Assembly (NCBI GenBank): GCA_963765495.1
Contig: CAVXWP010000001.1
Coordinates: 512,001-576,000, forward strand
Reading direction: 5' to 3'
DNA length: 64,000 nucleotides
Origin: Blastocatellia bacterium
Lineage (GTDB): Bacteria; Acidobacteriota; Blastocatellia; UBA7656
How positions within the stretch are numbered: the stretch's first letter is position 1; each line of letters starts with the position of its first letter. Shown here in pieces: positions 1 through 10,007 of this stretch. The position numbers and the translations under genes were made by a program. The notes under the pieces are model-generated. The model searched no databases and was not told the origin of the DNA. It saw nothing but the letters and a program-made list of their open reading frames with translations.

Positions 1-5
1 ATTCC

Positions 6-3000
6 CTAACTCGATTTCGGTTTCTTTCTCTTGTAAGAAAACTCCGGCGTAGTCTGCCCGGTCTTGGGCACCACGACGATTACATTTACAAATTTGCCCT
101 CGGGGACACGCTTATTCATCTTCTTATCATTGCTGCTGATTCGCTTGCAGATGTTTGTGGATGAATCGCATTTCTCGTTAAAGACGAGTTTTTTCATCTT
201 CTGACCATCTACATAAATGTTGGTCTGGTTCATGCGGAAGTTTCTGCCGAATACCTGAAGCTGGCCTTTCTTTCCGCCTTCGGGGTCGAAATCAACCTCT
301 GTGATTATCGGCAGCGGCCACACTTCGAATTTACCGGCGGAAGTGACGGTGGCGGAATTGCCCGCGCCGTCGTAAAGCGTTATCCGCACTTTGCCTTTTG
401 TCGTGTCGAGTGGCGCAGGCACCTGCCAGTCATAGCTCTGCTGCTCGCCGCTGCTCGGCGCTATGAGCGAGATTATCCGCTGGAAGGTCGTGCCGTTGTC
501 GGTCGAAAGCTCTATGACTCGCTGCACAACGCCCACGTTGTCATTTTCGGTCCACTTGATGGTTGCGACCGTACCGCCGCCGAGCACAGTGTCTGTGTTT
601 GGCGAAAGCAGCAACACATCCGGCGGGGAAGTGTCGGGTGGGCCGTTGACTATCTCGAACGGATTTGCGGACACAGACGAGACAGGCAGATTGACACCAT
701 CAAGCGCCGTGACCTTTATCCTTCCGAAAGGCGTTGGGAAGGATGGTATCTTCCAATCGAAGGTGCGCGCGGTTCCGTTGAGCACGGCTATGGTGTTATA
801 GGTCACACCGTTGTCGGAGGAGAACTCTACGCGCTGGCTTTGAATCTCTTTATCGTCGGATGCATCCCAGAGGATGCGGACAAGATCGCCCACCATAAGT
901 CGTTCCCCGCCCTGTGGATAAGAGAGTTTGACCGTCGGCGGATCATCCGTGCTTCCGCCGCCGCCGCCGCCGTCTCCACCACCATCGTCCTGCGGCTGCG
1001 CGTTATAGGCGACAAGCGCGAAATCCTGATCGGTCGCATCTCCATTGCCGGGCACTCCGTCGCCCGCGATGGTTGCGGCCACTACGTGGATTGTAAATTC
1101 GCCTGTGACGCCTTCGGGCAGCCAGACCGATTCCACGTTGTTCAATTTATCCGCTACGCCGGATTCAACCGATATCGTTCCCGCGAAATTGTTTCCCAGG
1201 TAGGTCTTTCCGCCGATTTCCACGCGGAGGTCGAGGTCGTTTACAACAGGGTTTCCGGCGGGCGAGCCGGGCGCATCCGACCAGGCCAGCGTAACGCGGA
1301 AAGGTTTTGTCGGGTCGGCGACAAAACCGCTCAGGGTAAACTCTTCGCCGGTAGCCTTGAGCATCTGGTCCTCATCCACCGACATTCGGCTCACGCCGTC
1401 AAGCGCGCGGCCTATATTCAAGAGTCCCCACCCCTGGCTATTGCCCGGCAGGTTGTCGCCGGCAAGCGTGCCCGTCAGGTAATCGGTAGAGTTGGTCAGA
1501 AATGCCTTGATCATCGCCGGGCTCGCGGGTCGGCTGGTAGTCTCTTGAAAGTACTGTCGGATGAGAGCCGCCGCTCCGGCAACTGCCGGGGCCGAGTGGC
1601 TCGTACCTGATGACCAGGTGTAAAGCGACTGGCCCGGAGGGAAATCTTTTGGTCCGCAGACACCCCCGGCATTGAAGGCGGGGTCCTGAGATTGCGCGCC
1701 CTGAATATGCGTGCCGGGCGCTACGATTTCGGGTTTTACGCGCCCGTCGGTAGCCGGGCCGCCGGAGGAAAAACTTATTACCGAATTTACGTCACTGGCT
1801 CCCGACGATGGAATCTGGCATCCGTCGGTGGCCGTGGGTCTGAAGTTCTGGCTCGCGCCCACGGTGATTACGTTCTTGGCCGTTCCCGGCGACGAGAGAT
1901 GTCCGTTTGGTCCCTGATTGCCCGAAGAAAATACTATGGTCATCTCCTGATTGCCCGAGACTGACGAGCGCGCGTCTCTCACAAGCACGTCGTAAAGCTG
2001 GCTGTCGAGCGAGTATGCATTATTGGCGGCTCCCCAGCTATTGCTCGAAATGCGAGCGCCGTTGCGGTACATCCCGTCTACCATCGAGGCGAGGCTCGGA
2101 TTGGTATAAGACGGAGCGAATATCTTTGTGGAGCCAAGCTTGACGAACGGGTGGATTCCAAGCCCGTAGCTGTATCCCACCGAATCAACATAAGGGAAGG
2201 CTGTGCCCGTATTGTAGCCGCCTATGATCGAGGCGTTGATTGTTCCGTGGCCGGTCGTATCATTTATGGGCGAATCGCTTTCCTCGCTGCCTTCCACGTA
2301 TCGGGCATAGACTACGCGAGCTACGCCCGCGACATTCAGGAAATCCGGGTGCAGCACCTCGGGGTCGAGCACGCCTCTATCCATTCCGCTGTCGGAAACG
2401 TCTACGATAAAATCCGGCGTCGAGGCCAGCCCTTTTGATTGCAGCCACGCGAGATACCCGGGCGGGTCGAGCACATTGCCGGAATGTTTTCCGGCGACTA
2501 TCAGCCCCTGTCTTTCGTCGTGCAGTACGGGCGCGTGCCACTCTTCGATCCAGACAACATCGCTTCCGCGCGCTATCTGCGCAAGCTCGGATGTGCGCAC
2601 GTTCATCCGCACGTTTCTGTATTTGAGAACATCGACAGGCTCGCCCACGACCCGTCCTGAAAGCGTTCTCACGGCAAGGTTTTGCATCTGTGTATCGGGC
2701 TGAAGGTCCTTCACGAGTTGAACCGTGACGGTGATCTCCCTGTCGGAGTCGAGGGAAATTTCAGGCGCGATCTTATAGGCGGGTTTGTAAGCGCCCGACC
2801 ATTGAACGAATCCCCCATTGGCAACCGCGAGGCGGTTGATACGATTCAGGTTGCTCTCGCTTGCGCGAACGAGAAAGGCGTTATTGGGAATATAATTGAT
2901 GATTTCAGCGGCTTCGGCCAACTGGTCGATCCACTCGCGTTTGGCCGGACCTACCATCTGAACGAGGTAGAGCTGTTCAACGGCCGGGTCGGGCCTGGCA

Positions 3001-3389
3001 AGCGCGTTTACGGTTGGAAGCTCGCCTTCGGTAGTATCAAAGGCCCCGGCTCTCAGGAAAATAACATTCATATCGTCGCGCACTGCCGACCCCGCGGCCG
3101 AGGCTACGCTGAGCATTTCGGCGGCCTGTCCCGGCGCGTCGAGCAATGCAAAAGCCCCGTAATCGGCAATGACCGAGCCTCCCTCAGCCAGTAAACGGTC
3201 GCGCAGTTGTTGCTCCCCGGCATAAACGATGACCTTATGAGCTGATGTTTTACTGCGATAAAATGAATTGAACTGCGGCTGCGGGTTTGCGCGCGGCGCG
3301 GAATCTGATCGAGCGGGAAGATTGCCCGCCGACACGAGCGCAAGAACGAATACTGAGACGCAAAGAATATGTAGCTTGAATCGAGACAT
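6..3389 (-). CDS. Secreted S8 (subtilisin-like) serine protease with C-terminal Ig-like/IPT domains
   Basis: Signal peptide; catalytic triad motifs DVSDSG, GHGT and SGTSHSAPAVAG; oxyanion-hole SSGN; Gly linker then two Ig-like repeats and a Lys-rich IPT-like tail. Confidence 0.9.
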   Translation of the reverse strand: MSRFKLHILCVSVFVLALVSAGNLPARSDSAPRANPQPQFNSFYRSKTSAHKVIVYAGEQQLRDRLLAEGGSVIADYGAFALLDAPGQAAEMLSVASAAGSAVRDDMNVIFLRAGAFDTTEGELPTVNALARPDPAVEQLYLVQMVGPAKREWIDQLAEAAEIINYIPNNAFLVRASESNLNRINRLAVANGGFVQWSGAYKPAYKIAPEISLDSDREITVTVQLVKDLQPDTQMQNLAVRTLSGRVVGEPVDVLKYRNVRMNVRTSELAQIARGSDVVWIEEWHAPVLHDERQGLIVAGKHSGNVLDPPGYLAWLQSKGLASTPDFIVDVSDSGMDRGVLDPEVLHPDFLNVAGVARVVYARYVEGSEESDSPINDTTGHGTINASIIGGYNTGTAFPYVDSVGYSYGLGIHPFVKLGSTKIFAPSYTNPSLASMVDGMYRNGARISSNSWGAANNAYSLDSQLYDVLVRDARSSVSGNQEMTIVFSSGNQGPNGHLSSPGTAKNVITVGASQNFRPTATDGCQIPSSGASDVNSVISFSSGGPATDGRVKPEIVAPGTHIQGAQSQDPAFNAGGVCGPKDFPPGQSLYTWSSGTSHSAPAVAGAAALIRQYFQETTSRPASPAMIKAFLTNSTDYLTGTLAGDNLPGNSQGWGLLNIGRALDGVSRMSVDEDQMLKATGEEFTLSGFVADPTKPFRVTLAWSDAPGSPAGNPVVNDLDLRVEIGGKTYLGNNFAGTISVESGVADKLNNVESVWLPEGVTGEFTIHVVAATIAGDGVPGNGDATDQDFALVAYNAQPQDDGGGDGGGGGGSTDDPPTVKLSYPQGGERLMVGDLVRILWDASDDKEIQSQRVEFSSDNGVTYNTIAVLNGTARTFDWKIPSFPTPFGRIKVTALDGVNLPVSSVSANPFEIVNGPPDTSPPDVLLLSPNTDTVLGGGTVATIKWTENDNVGVVQRVIELSTDNGTTFQRIISLIAPSSGEQQSYDWQVPAPLDTTKGKVRITLYDGAGNSATVTSAGKFEVWPLPIITEVDFDPEGGKKGQLQVFGRNFRMNQTNIYVDGQKMKKLVFNEKCDSSTNICKRISSNDKKMNKRVPEGKFVNVIVVVPKTGQTTPEFSYKRKKPKSS

Positions 3390-3570
3390 TTGACACCTGC
3401 CTGGGTTATGCAGACACGTTTCTTAACCAGTCCGGCACAGGCCGACCATTAAAAGCGACCATTAAAAGAGTGATCAAAAGATTTGTTCATTCAACCAGAC
3501 TTACGTGTTTGCATGTGGGGGAAAATCAACGAAGGGGCAAACAAATAAACAACTTGCCAACTTGTGTGCG

Positions 3571-3599
3571 ATGGTAAGATAAGGCCCTCCGAGTGTCAA
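3571..3599 (-). promoter_or_regulatory. Sigma70-type promoter for the S8 protease
   Basis: Minus strand TTGACA-17 nt-TACCAT. Confidence 0.55.
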
Positions 3600-3798
3600 C
3601 ACTTTTATCAGCCAAAAAACCAAACTTGTGCGCCCTGGCCGGTTGAGTTAGTTTCTTGGCGGCCTTTTTGTAGTTGGCGGTCCCGTTTTTTTCTCAATCA
3701 AATTTGAGGAGTTATGCGCATTCGCCTGATTGCTGTCTGAGCGCCCCTATGCGCCACGGGTTTATTGTGGCTGCCCGGATGGCCCGAGATGGCCTGAG

Positions 3799-3884
3799 AT
3801 GTGCTTCGCACACGGCGGGCGATGACTGTCATCGCGCTGACGACGGATTCGGGCAGGGACAAGCCCGCGCTGTGCGAAGCACAT
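3799..3884. repeat. REP-like long hairpin
   Basis: Perfect 14-bp inverted repeat ATGTGCTTCGCACA / TGTGCGAAGCACAT, extended by GCGGGC/GCCCGC, with an inner GCGATGAC/GTCATCGC hairpin. Confidence 0.6.
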
Positions 3885-4048
3885 TATGCGCCAATCGCCC
3901 CTACATCTTATCCGACTTTGCAACAGCCCTGCATATCTATCGCGTTCCATTGAAAAGTATTGAGGACAGATGCTACGCTATCAACCTGCGATGGCCCCGT
4001 GCGATCCCGAGACCATCCCTTTTAATCGGTTGGAGGCAAGAACTACTA

Positions 4049-6478
4049 GTGGGAGCCGATTACGCCGGAAGCAAGGCGAGAATATACTGCGGGGTCTTTC
4101 TCATCAGTCTCTCCATTTTAATGCTTGAGCTGGTGCTGACTCGTATATTCTCCGTAACGATGTATTACCATTTCGCCTTCATGGCAATCTCGATAGCCTT
4201 ATTTGGGTCAGGTGCAAGCGGTGTATATGTTTATCTGAAATCAAGACGCTTCACCCAGGACCGCGCGCTCAAAGACATGGCCGTGTGCTCTATGGGGATG
4301 TCGGTCTCCATACTGATTGCCCTCGTTGTTTTGCTCAATGTGAGTGTAGGGCTTGTTCCCTCATTTCGCAGCTATCTGACGCTGACGGCTCTTTATCTGG
4401 TCTCGGCCGGACCGTTCTTTTTCGGCGGCATAATCATATCGCTTTCGATGAAGCATCTGGCGGCCACATCGGGGAAGCTCTATTTTTTCGATTTGATCGG
4501 CGCAAGCCTCGGGTGCCTGATGGTGATTCCGGCGCTGAACTGGCTTGGCGGGCCGGGGGCCATGATGGCAGTAGCGATCATTGCCGCGTCAAGCGCCCTT
4601 GCCTTTTCGTGGAAGATAGAGGACGGGCGCAAACTCACGCGCCTGGCCCTCGTGCTTGCGACGGCGGTTATAGCGCTTGCGGCCTTTAATCAGAGATTCA
4701 ATATCCTGGCCGTCAGATGGGCAAAGGGGCTGCCTGAAAAGCCTTCTATTTTCGCAAAGTGGAATTCATTTTCACGCGTGACCGTCTCAGGCGACCTGAG
4801 CGATGTAAAGCCGTTGTGGGTAACTATAGATTCCGACGCGGCCACGCCCATCCTCCATTACAGCAACAATGCCGACGCGATGGATTACGTAGAGCGAGCC
4901 GTTTCGGCGCTCGCTTATCAGATAAAGCCTGCGCCCCGTGTGCTGATCATAGGTCCGGGCGGCGGGCGCGAGGTTGTGACCGCGCTTGAATCAGGGAGCC
5001 GGGATGTTACGGGTGTCGAGGTCAATGGAATCATTGTCCAGGACGTGATGCAGCAGGAGCCCTATAGAAGTTTTTCCGGCAATCTTTACAACCGGCCGGA
5101 AGTCAAAGCCGTGGTGGACGAAGGCCGCAGCTACATACGCGCAAGCAGCGAGCGTTACGACATAATTCAAGCCTCGCTCATAGATACGTGGGCCGCCAAT
5201 GCGGCGGGCGCGTTTGCGCTGACGGAAAACAACCTCTACACGGTCGAAGCCTTCAAGCAGTACATGGATCACCTGAATGATGACGGCATTCTGACCATGA
5301 CGCGATGGCTGCTCGACCCTCCGCAGCAGGAGCTTCGGCTGGTCAGCCTCGCCCGCGAGTTGATGGCCCGCGAGGGCGTGCCAAATCCTGAACGCCACCT
5401 CGCCATATTCAAAGCGCCGGGGCGCGGCGAGCGCGTCGAAACCAGTTTCCTGTTTAAGAAGAGCGAGTTCACCGATGAGGAAGTGCGAACGCTTGAGGCT
5501 CACGCCGCCAGAACGGGCTGCGAAGTGATGTACACGCCCCTGACCCGACCGGCAAATGTCTTTACCGAGCTTGCGACCACTTCCGACCGGGAAGCTTTCT
5601 ATAACAAATATCCCATCAACGTGCGCCCGACTTTTGATGACAGTCCCTTCTTCTTCTATCACGTCGAGCTTGCCGACGTGCCGGAGGCATTTCGACTCAC
5701 GAACGAATCGCAGAAGACAAACATGGGCGTATTCGTGCTGTTCAGCCTGTTGATTATAACCTTGATGCTTGTGGCGGCATTCATACTCGGCCCTCTCATT
5801 CTATCGAAAGGGCGTTTGATTACCGATTCTCCGGCATCTACCCTGACCCGGTTGCTTTACTTCGGATTTCTGGGGCTGGGATTCATCATCATCGAGATGG
5901 CGATGATTCAACGGTTCATACTCTTTCTGGGCCACCCCGTCTATGCGCTCGCCGTTGTGCTGTTTTCCATTCTGCTGTGGAGCGGTATGGGCAGCCTCGT
6001 GACCTCCAGGGTTTCAAACCGCAGACTTGAAACAAGCGCCGCGTGGGCGCTTGCGACCATCGCAATTCTTACTCTGATCTATGTGCAGGTGCTTCCCCTG
6101 CTGATAGACAGATTCGGCGGACAGGCATTAGGCGTTCGAATGCTTATCGCGATAGTCTTTCTGATACCGCTGGCGCTGCTGCTCGGAATGCCCATGCCTT
6201 TAGGCATAAGACTTCTCAACCAGCGAGCGCCGCATCTGATCCCGTGGGCGTGGGGCATCAACGGCGCGACTTCTGTTATGGGGTCGGTAGCCTCGGTGAT
6301 AATAGCCATGAACTGGGGTTTCAGTCGTGCGCTTGTAGTTGGCTCGCTAGCCTATCTGTGTTCGATGGTCTTGATAGCATTTCGCGCTCGCAGCGACCGG
6401 GGCCGGGCTTTCACCGAAACAGATGCTTCGGAAGCGAACTCCAGGCCGGAGCCGGTGCTGGTTCCCGCAGGCGATTGA
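4049..6478 (+). CDS. Polytopic membrane protein with central spermidine-synthase-like (class I SAM-dependent) domain
   Basis: TM helices flank VLIIGPGGG (SAM binding), VEVN, DEGRSYI and ENNLYTVEAF motifs; start moved to GTG 4049, downstream of GGAGG. Confidence 0.8.
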   Translation: MGADYAGSKARIYCGVFLISLSILMLELVLTRIFSVTMYYHFAFMAISIALFGSGASGVYVYLKSRRFTQDRALKDMAVCSMGMSVSILIALVVLLNVSVGLVPSFRSYLTLTALYLVSAGPFFFGGIIISLSMKHLAATSGKLYFFDLIGASLGCLMVIPALNWLGGPGAMMAVAIIAASSALAFSWKIEDGRKLTRLALVLATAVIALAAFNQRFNILAVRWAKGLPEKPSIFAKWNSFSRVTVSGDLSDVKPLWVTIDSDAATPILHYSNNADAMDYVERAVSALAYQIKPAPRVLIIGPGGGREVVTALESGSRDVTGVEVNGIIVQDVMQQEPYRSFSGNLYNRPEVKAVVDEGRSYIRASSERYDIIQASLIDTWAANAAGAFALTENNLYTVEAFKQYMDHLNDDGILTMTRWLLDPPQQELRLVSLARELMAREGVPNPERHLAIFKAPGRGERVETSFLFKKSEFTDEEVRTLEAHAARTGCEVMYTPLTRPANVFTELATTSDREAFYNKYPINVRPTFDDSPFFFYHVELADVPEAFRLTNESQKTNMGVFVLFSLLIITLMLVAAFILGPLILSKGRLITDSPASTLTRLLYFGFLGLGFIIIEMAMIQRFILFLGHPVYALAVVLFSILLWSGMGSLVTSRVSNRRLETSAAWALATIAILTLIYVQVLPLLIDRFGGQALGVRMLIAIVFLIPLALLLGMPMPLGIRLLNQRAPHLIPWAWGINGATSVMGSVASVIIAMNWGFSRALVVGSLAYLCSMVLIAFRARSDRGRAFTETDASEANSRPEPVLVPAGD

Positions 6479-6487
6479 TGAGGGGCT

Positions 6488-6596
6488 GATGCGTGATCCG
6501 TGATTCGTGATTAACCAGACTTGCAAGTTATCTTGAACCTGCGGCTGCCTGAAAATCACGGATCACGGATCACGCATCACGAATTACGCATCACGA
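6488..6596. repeat. Heptamer tandem-inverted-repeat element (CGTGATN...NATCACG), copy A
   Basis: gatgcgtgatccgtgattcgtgat ... atcacggatcacggatcacgcatcacg; core resembles copies at 23628, 37445 and 43921. Confidence 0.85.
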
Positions 6597-6598
6597 AA

Positions 6599-7351
6599 AT
6601 GAGCAATTTACTACGCGACACCTTTTCGACCATCTCATCTTCGGTCGAGGCCCGTCTGTTTGCAGAGTACGGCGCGGTCTTTGTTACCTCAGCCACGCCT
6701 CCGCCTGTCCTCATCTTTACCGATGCCGCGGAGGTTGAGCAGTACCAGTTATCTCTGCCGGTCAAAAGCGCCCTCCTTGGAGAGCATAAGATAGAGCTTC
6801 AATCGGAGGCGCTTGTTCGGTTGACTCAGGCCGCCGCCGAAATTGAAGCTCGGGGAGGCCGCATCACCGCCCGCGCAAGTGATTCGGGAAGGCGCTCATT
6901 TGATGAGACCACGAATCTCTGGAATCGCAATCTGACTCGCGGCCTTGAGCACTGGCAAAATCTCGGTCGAATGGATTTCAATCAGGCGCGTGAAATTCGC
7001 GAGGCCGCCCTGACAGATCAAATAGCAATTGTCCTGGACATCGAAGAAGCCAGCCAGCTTTACTTCGGCACATATTTCGACAGGACTATACTTTCATCCG
7101 TAGCCGCGCCCGGCGCTTCTCAGCACCTCTCGATGCTCGCCTTCGATGTGGCCGAGTTTCAAGATGAGCAGGTCGAAGGCGCGCTAAACCATTCGGGCTG
7201 GTTTCGAACGGTTGTGAATGACCTCCCTCATTTCACATTCCTCGGTCGCAGCGAAGATGAGCTTCCCAGTCTCGGGCTCAAACAATACACCTGCGAGTAC
7301 GGCTCGCGAAACTATCTATTCTGGATTCCTGATCTTGAGGCGCTTCGGTAG
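6599..7351 (+). CDS. M15/VanY-like D,D-peptidase-fold protein
   Basis: VAAPGASQHLSMLAFD (SxH...AxD zinc motif) and DLPH; start moved to ATG 6599 because the upstream ORF portion is repeat-derived. Confidence 0.6.
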   Translation: MSNLLRDTFSTISSSVEARLFAEYGAVFVTSATPPPVLIFTDAAEVEQYQLSLPVKSALLGEHKIELQSEALVRLTQAAAEIEARGGRITARASDSGRRSFDETTNLWNRNLTRGLEHWQNLGRMDFNQAREIREAALTDQIAIVLDIEEASQLYFGTYFDRTILSSVAAPGASQHLSMLAFDVAEFQDEQVEGALNHSGWFRTVVNDLPHFTFLGRSEDELPSLGLKQYTCEYGSRNYLFWIPDLEALR

Positions 7352-7801
7352 CGCGAGATGCACATTTATGTCTCAACCGTGTGAAAGTAATGTGCCTACA
7401 GAGCGCGAATCAAAATTCATCTCAAAAGAGAAACCACGCCTTGAGATAGTTGTTTTCCGAGCAATTACGCAAGTTAGCGTCAAAATTGAAAAAAACGCGT
7501 CGCGATTTGAGTCTGTGGCACACAGGTTGTTTAGGTAATAAGTGAGTTCGGATATAGATCTCGAACACTCACAAGCGTCCACAGTTCGCACGCTCGTTTA
7601 TTGAATAATATTATTAAAACCAGGCGTGGCGTAGCCAAAGCGTATTGTGAAAATGAGAGGGGGCTTTAAGCCTCCTCTTTTACTTTTTACGCGGCTTTCA
7701 ATTCATCGGCAATAATCTTTATCGCCTACCAATTCTTATATCTTCATTGCATAACCACGGGGCAGGTTCAGTTTAATATGGATTGGATGTAGAATAGACG
7801 A

Positions 7802-8239
7802 GTGGAGAATAGAGACTCTACAACTATAAGAGCCGGAGTAACCGACCTGGCGGTGGCGGGCAAGATTCTTATCATCGAGGACAACACCGATTCCCGCGAC
7901 ATTCTATCAAAGCTGTTGAGGATGAGCGGGTACGATGTCGTTGCGGCATCTGATGGTGAAATCGGGCTGGCACGAGCAGCGGAGTATCTGCCAAACCTGA
8001 TTGTCACCGACATCAATATGCCCAAAATGGATGGAATCGAGTTTGTCAAAAAGGTGCGGCAGGACTCGCTGATGGCTCACATCCCCATTCTTGTAGTGAC
8101 CGCGTTTGGTTCGAACGTGGCTCGCGAAGCGATCAAGGCCGGGGCCGATGCGGCAGCCGAAAAACCTTTTGACTTCGACAAATTTCTCTCTACTGTAAAC
8201 AACCTTATCACACGCGGACGCACGGCTTCCCGCAATTGA
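7802..8239 (+). CDS. Single-domain response regulator (CheY-like receiver)
   Basis: ILIIED, TDINMPKMDG, VVTA and KPF motifs; exact start uncertain. Confidence 0.9.
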   Translation: MENRDSTTIRAGVTDLAVAGKILIIEDNTDSRDILSKLLRMSGYDVVAASDGEIGLARAAEYLPNLIVTDINMPKMDGIEFVKKVRQDSLMAHIPILVVTAFGSNVAREAIKAGADAAAEKPFDFDKFLSTVNNLITRGRTASRN

Positions 8240-8255
8240 ATTGCGCCAATCCGCC

Positions 8256-8873
8256 TCACTGATTTACCCGTGAACTGATCTCCTGCACGCGCGCCAGCAT
8301 GTCATAAAATATAGGCGAGGCTCCTTTATCTCCGCGTCTGAAGCCCCCTGCGTCTGCTGTAATCTGATCGGTCGAGTTCTTGATCGTGACATAGAAATGG
8401 CTCTCTTTGGCGGACTTCATGACATCGACTACGAATCTGGGCGCCTGTTTATCAAAAAAGCGCGTGATCATAGGTTTGTCCTTGCCCACGGCCTCTTCGG
8501 TCTGAGCGAATTTCTTGGCCTCGTTCATGATGGCTTCGAAAATGAGCACATGTTGAAGCAGGTATGTGCCCGAAAGGACCAGCCCGTCCTCATTTTTCAT
8601 GAGAATGGTGAACCGTTTTGTAGACTGAGGGACGTTAGAGATGTAAAAACTCGTTCCCTCGGCGCTGACAGTCTTATCTTTGCTGTGTTTTTTGGCCTCC
8701 ATCCGCATCGTCGATATTTCGGCGGCGGACGGGTCTCTGGGCACACCCTTTTCGACCTTCGGCCTCGGCTGTTTTTGAGCAGGGTCGTATGACTTCTGGC
8801 CCAATGACGTTATTGGCGCTAAGACGATCAACAGCGCCAGGCTCAGGAATTTTTTAACCATATCAAACTTCAT
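8256..8873 (-). CDS. Hypothetical secreted protein
   Basis: Signal peptide, GAGG RBS upstream, 205 aa, no recognised motif. Confidence 0.65.
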   Translation of the reverse strand: MKFDMVKKFLSLALLIVLAPITSLGQKSYDPAQKQPRPKVEKGVPRDPSAAEISTMRMEAKKHSKDKTVSAEGTSFYISNVPQSTKRFTILMKNEDGLVLSGTYLLQHVLIFEAIMNEAKKFAQTEEAVGKDKPMITRFFDKQAPRFVVDVMKSAKESHFYVTIKNSTDQITADAGGFRRGDKGASPIFYDMLARVQEISSRVNQ

Positions 8874-9008
8874 AAACTTACCTCAGGAATTGCAACACCC
8901 TTTACTAACGCGCCGATTGGCGAAGGGTTGCATTTTCAGGCGGGCGCAAGGCGGAAAGATTTGAACCCCGATTGACTGCCCAACTGCTCATTAAAAAAAC
9001 GAAGCCGA

Positions 9009-10007
9009 TCATTTGGCTTCAAGTACCTCATTGCCCGCAGGCAATGACTCTTTCCTGCTCCCCTGCAACATATATATTATTGCGCCGGGCAGGCTCGTCA
9101 CTAAAAGTACGCCAAGCCACAGGAAGGCCAGCGCCGAAGACAACTCTGCCGGTCGGGACGAGTCCACGACAACCTGCGAGAAGAAGAATATGTAAGAGAA
9201 TTCGCGCCATCCCATCCCGTTTACAGAAACAGGCATCATGCTTATCAGGCCGATTGCCGGGATGAATACTACGTAATCCATCCAACCGTGCGTCGTGTGC
9301 ATGCCTATGGATTCAGCCGTTAGCATATTGACCACCGAGCAGCCGAATTGCACTATCAGAGACAATATCATCACGACCGCAATCAGCTTCCACTTGCCCC
9401 GGTAGGAATTGACCGACTGAAACAATCGCTCGACCTTCTGGTCGGCCTCTTTCATTTTGAACAGGGCAAGCAATTTGTGGAGCAGGTTGTAGGTAGGGCG
9501 GTAAAAGAGCGCCAGATTCGCTCCGGCGAATGCCAGACCGATCAGGACGAAGATCGGAGCCAGCAGAATCCCTTTTATCGCGGTCCCGGCAATTGCCGCA
9601 ACTACGGTGGCCATCAAAAGCAGGGCCGTCATTCCAAAATCTCTGTCGAGAAAAACCGAGGTCGTTGATCGCCCGAGTTTGCCCGTCTCTTTGTTGAGAT
9701 AATAGACGCGGAACACATCCCCGCCTATACCGGTCGGCATAAAGTTGTTGAAAAACATTCCGAGAAGGTAAAACCGCAGAAGCTTGCCGTAGCCGATTTC
9801 TATGCCGAGAGGTTGCAGCAGCAGATACCACCGATATGCGCTCAACCCCTGTATAAGGAAATATACCAGGATCGCCAGACCGAAATAGGTTATGCTGGCA
9901 TCTTGCAGGATGGTCTTCAGATGGCCAATATCAATCTTTCTGAATATGTATACGTAAAGGCCGAGGCTCACCGCGATCTTTAACGCTGTTATTGCAGTCT
10001 TCTTCAT
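9009..10007 (-). CDS. UPF0104 / lysylphosphatidylglycerol-synthase TM-domain (flippase-like) protein
   Basis: RW, FFNNFMPTGIGGD and PVSVNGMGWRE motifs; multiple TM helices; overlaps the ArnT-like gene by 4 nt. Confidence 0.85.
   Translation of the reverse strand: MKKTAITALKIAVSLGLYVYIFRKIDIGHLKTILQDASITYFGLAILVYFLIQGLSAYRWYLLLQPLGIEIGYGKLLRFYLLGMFFNNFMPTGIGGDVFRVYYLNKETGKLGRSTTSVFLDRDFGMTALLLMATVVAAIAGTAIKGILLAPIFVLIGLAFAGANLALFYRPTYNLLHKLLALFKMKEADQKVERLFQSVNSYRGKWKLIAVVMILSLIVQFGCSVVNMLTAESIGMHTTHGWMDYVVFIPAIGLISMMPVSVNGMGWREFSYIFFFSQVVVDSSRPAELSSALAFLWLGVLLVTSLPGAIIYMLQGSRKESLPAGNEVLEAK

Noticed and set aside
3674-4048. N-terminal 125-aa extension of the spermidine-synthase-like ORF
   Set aside because: Runs through a REP-like hairpin; a GGAGG-preceded GTG at 4049 fits better
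7604-7615. AATAATATTATT palindrome as a Fur-like box
   Set aside because: Low-complexity AT palindrome in an AT-rich gap; insufficient match to a known operator
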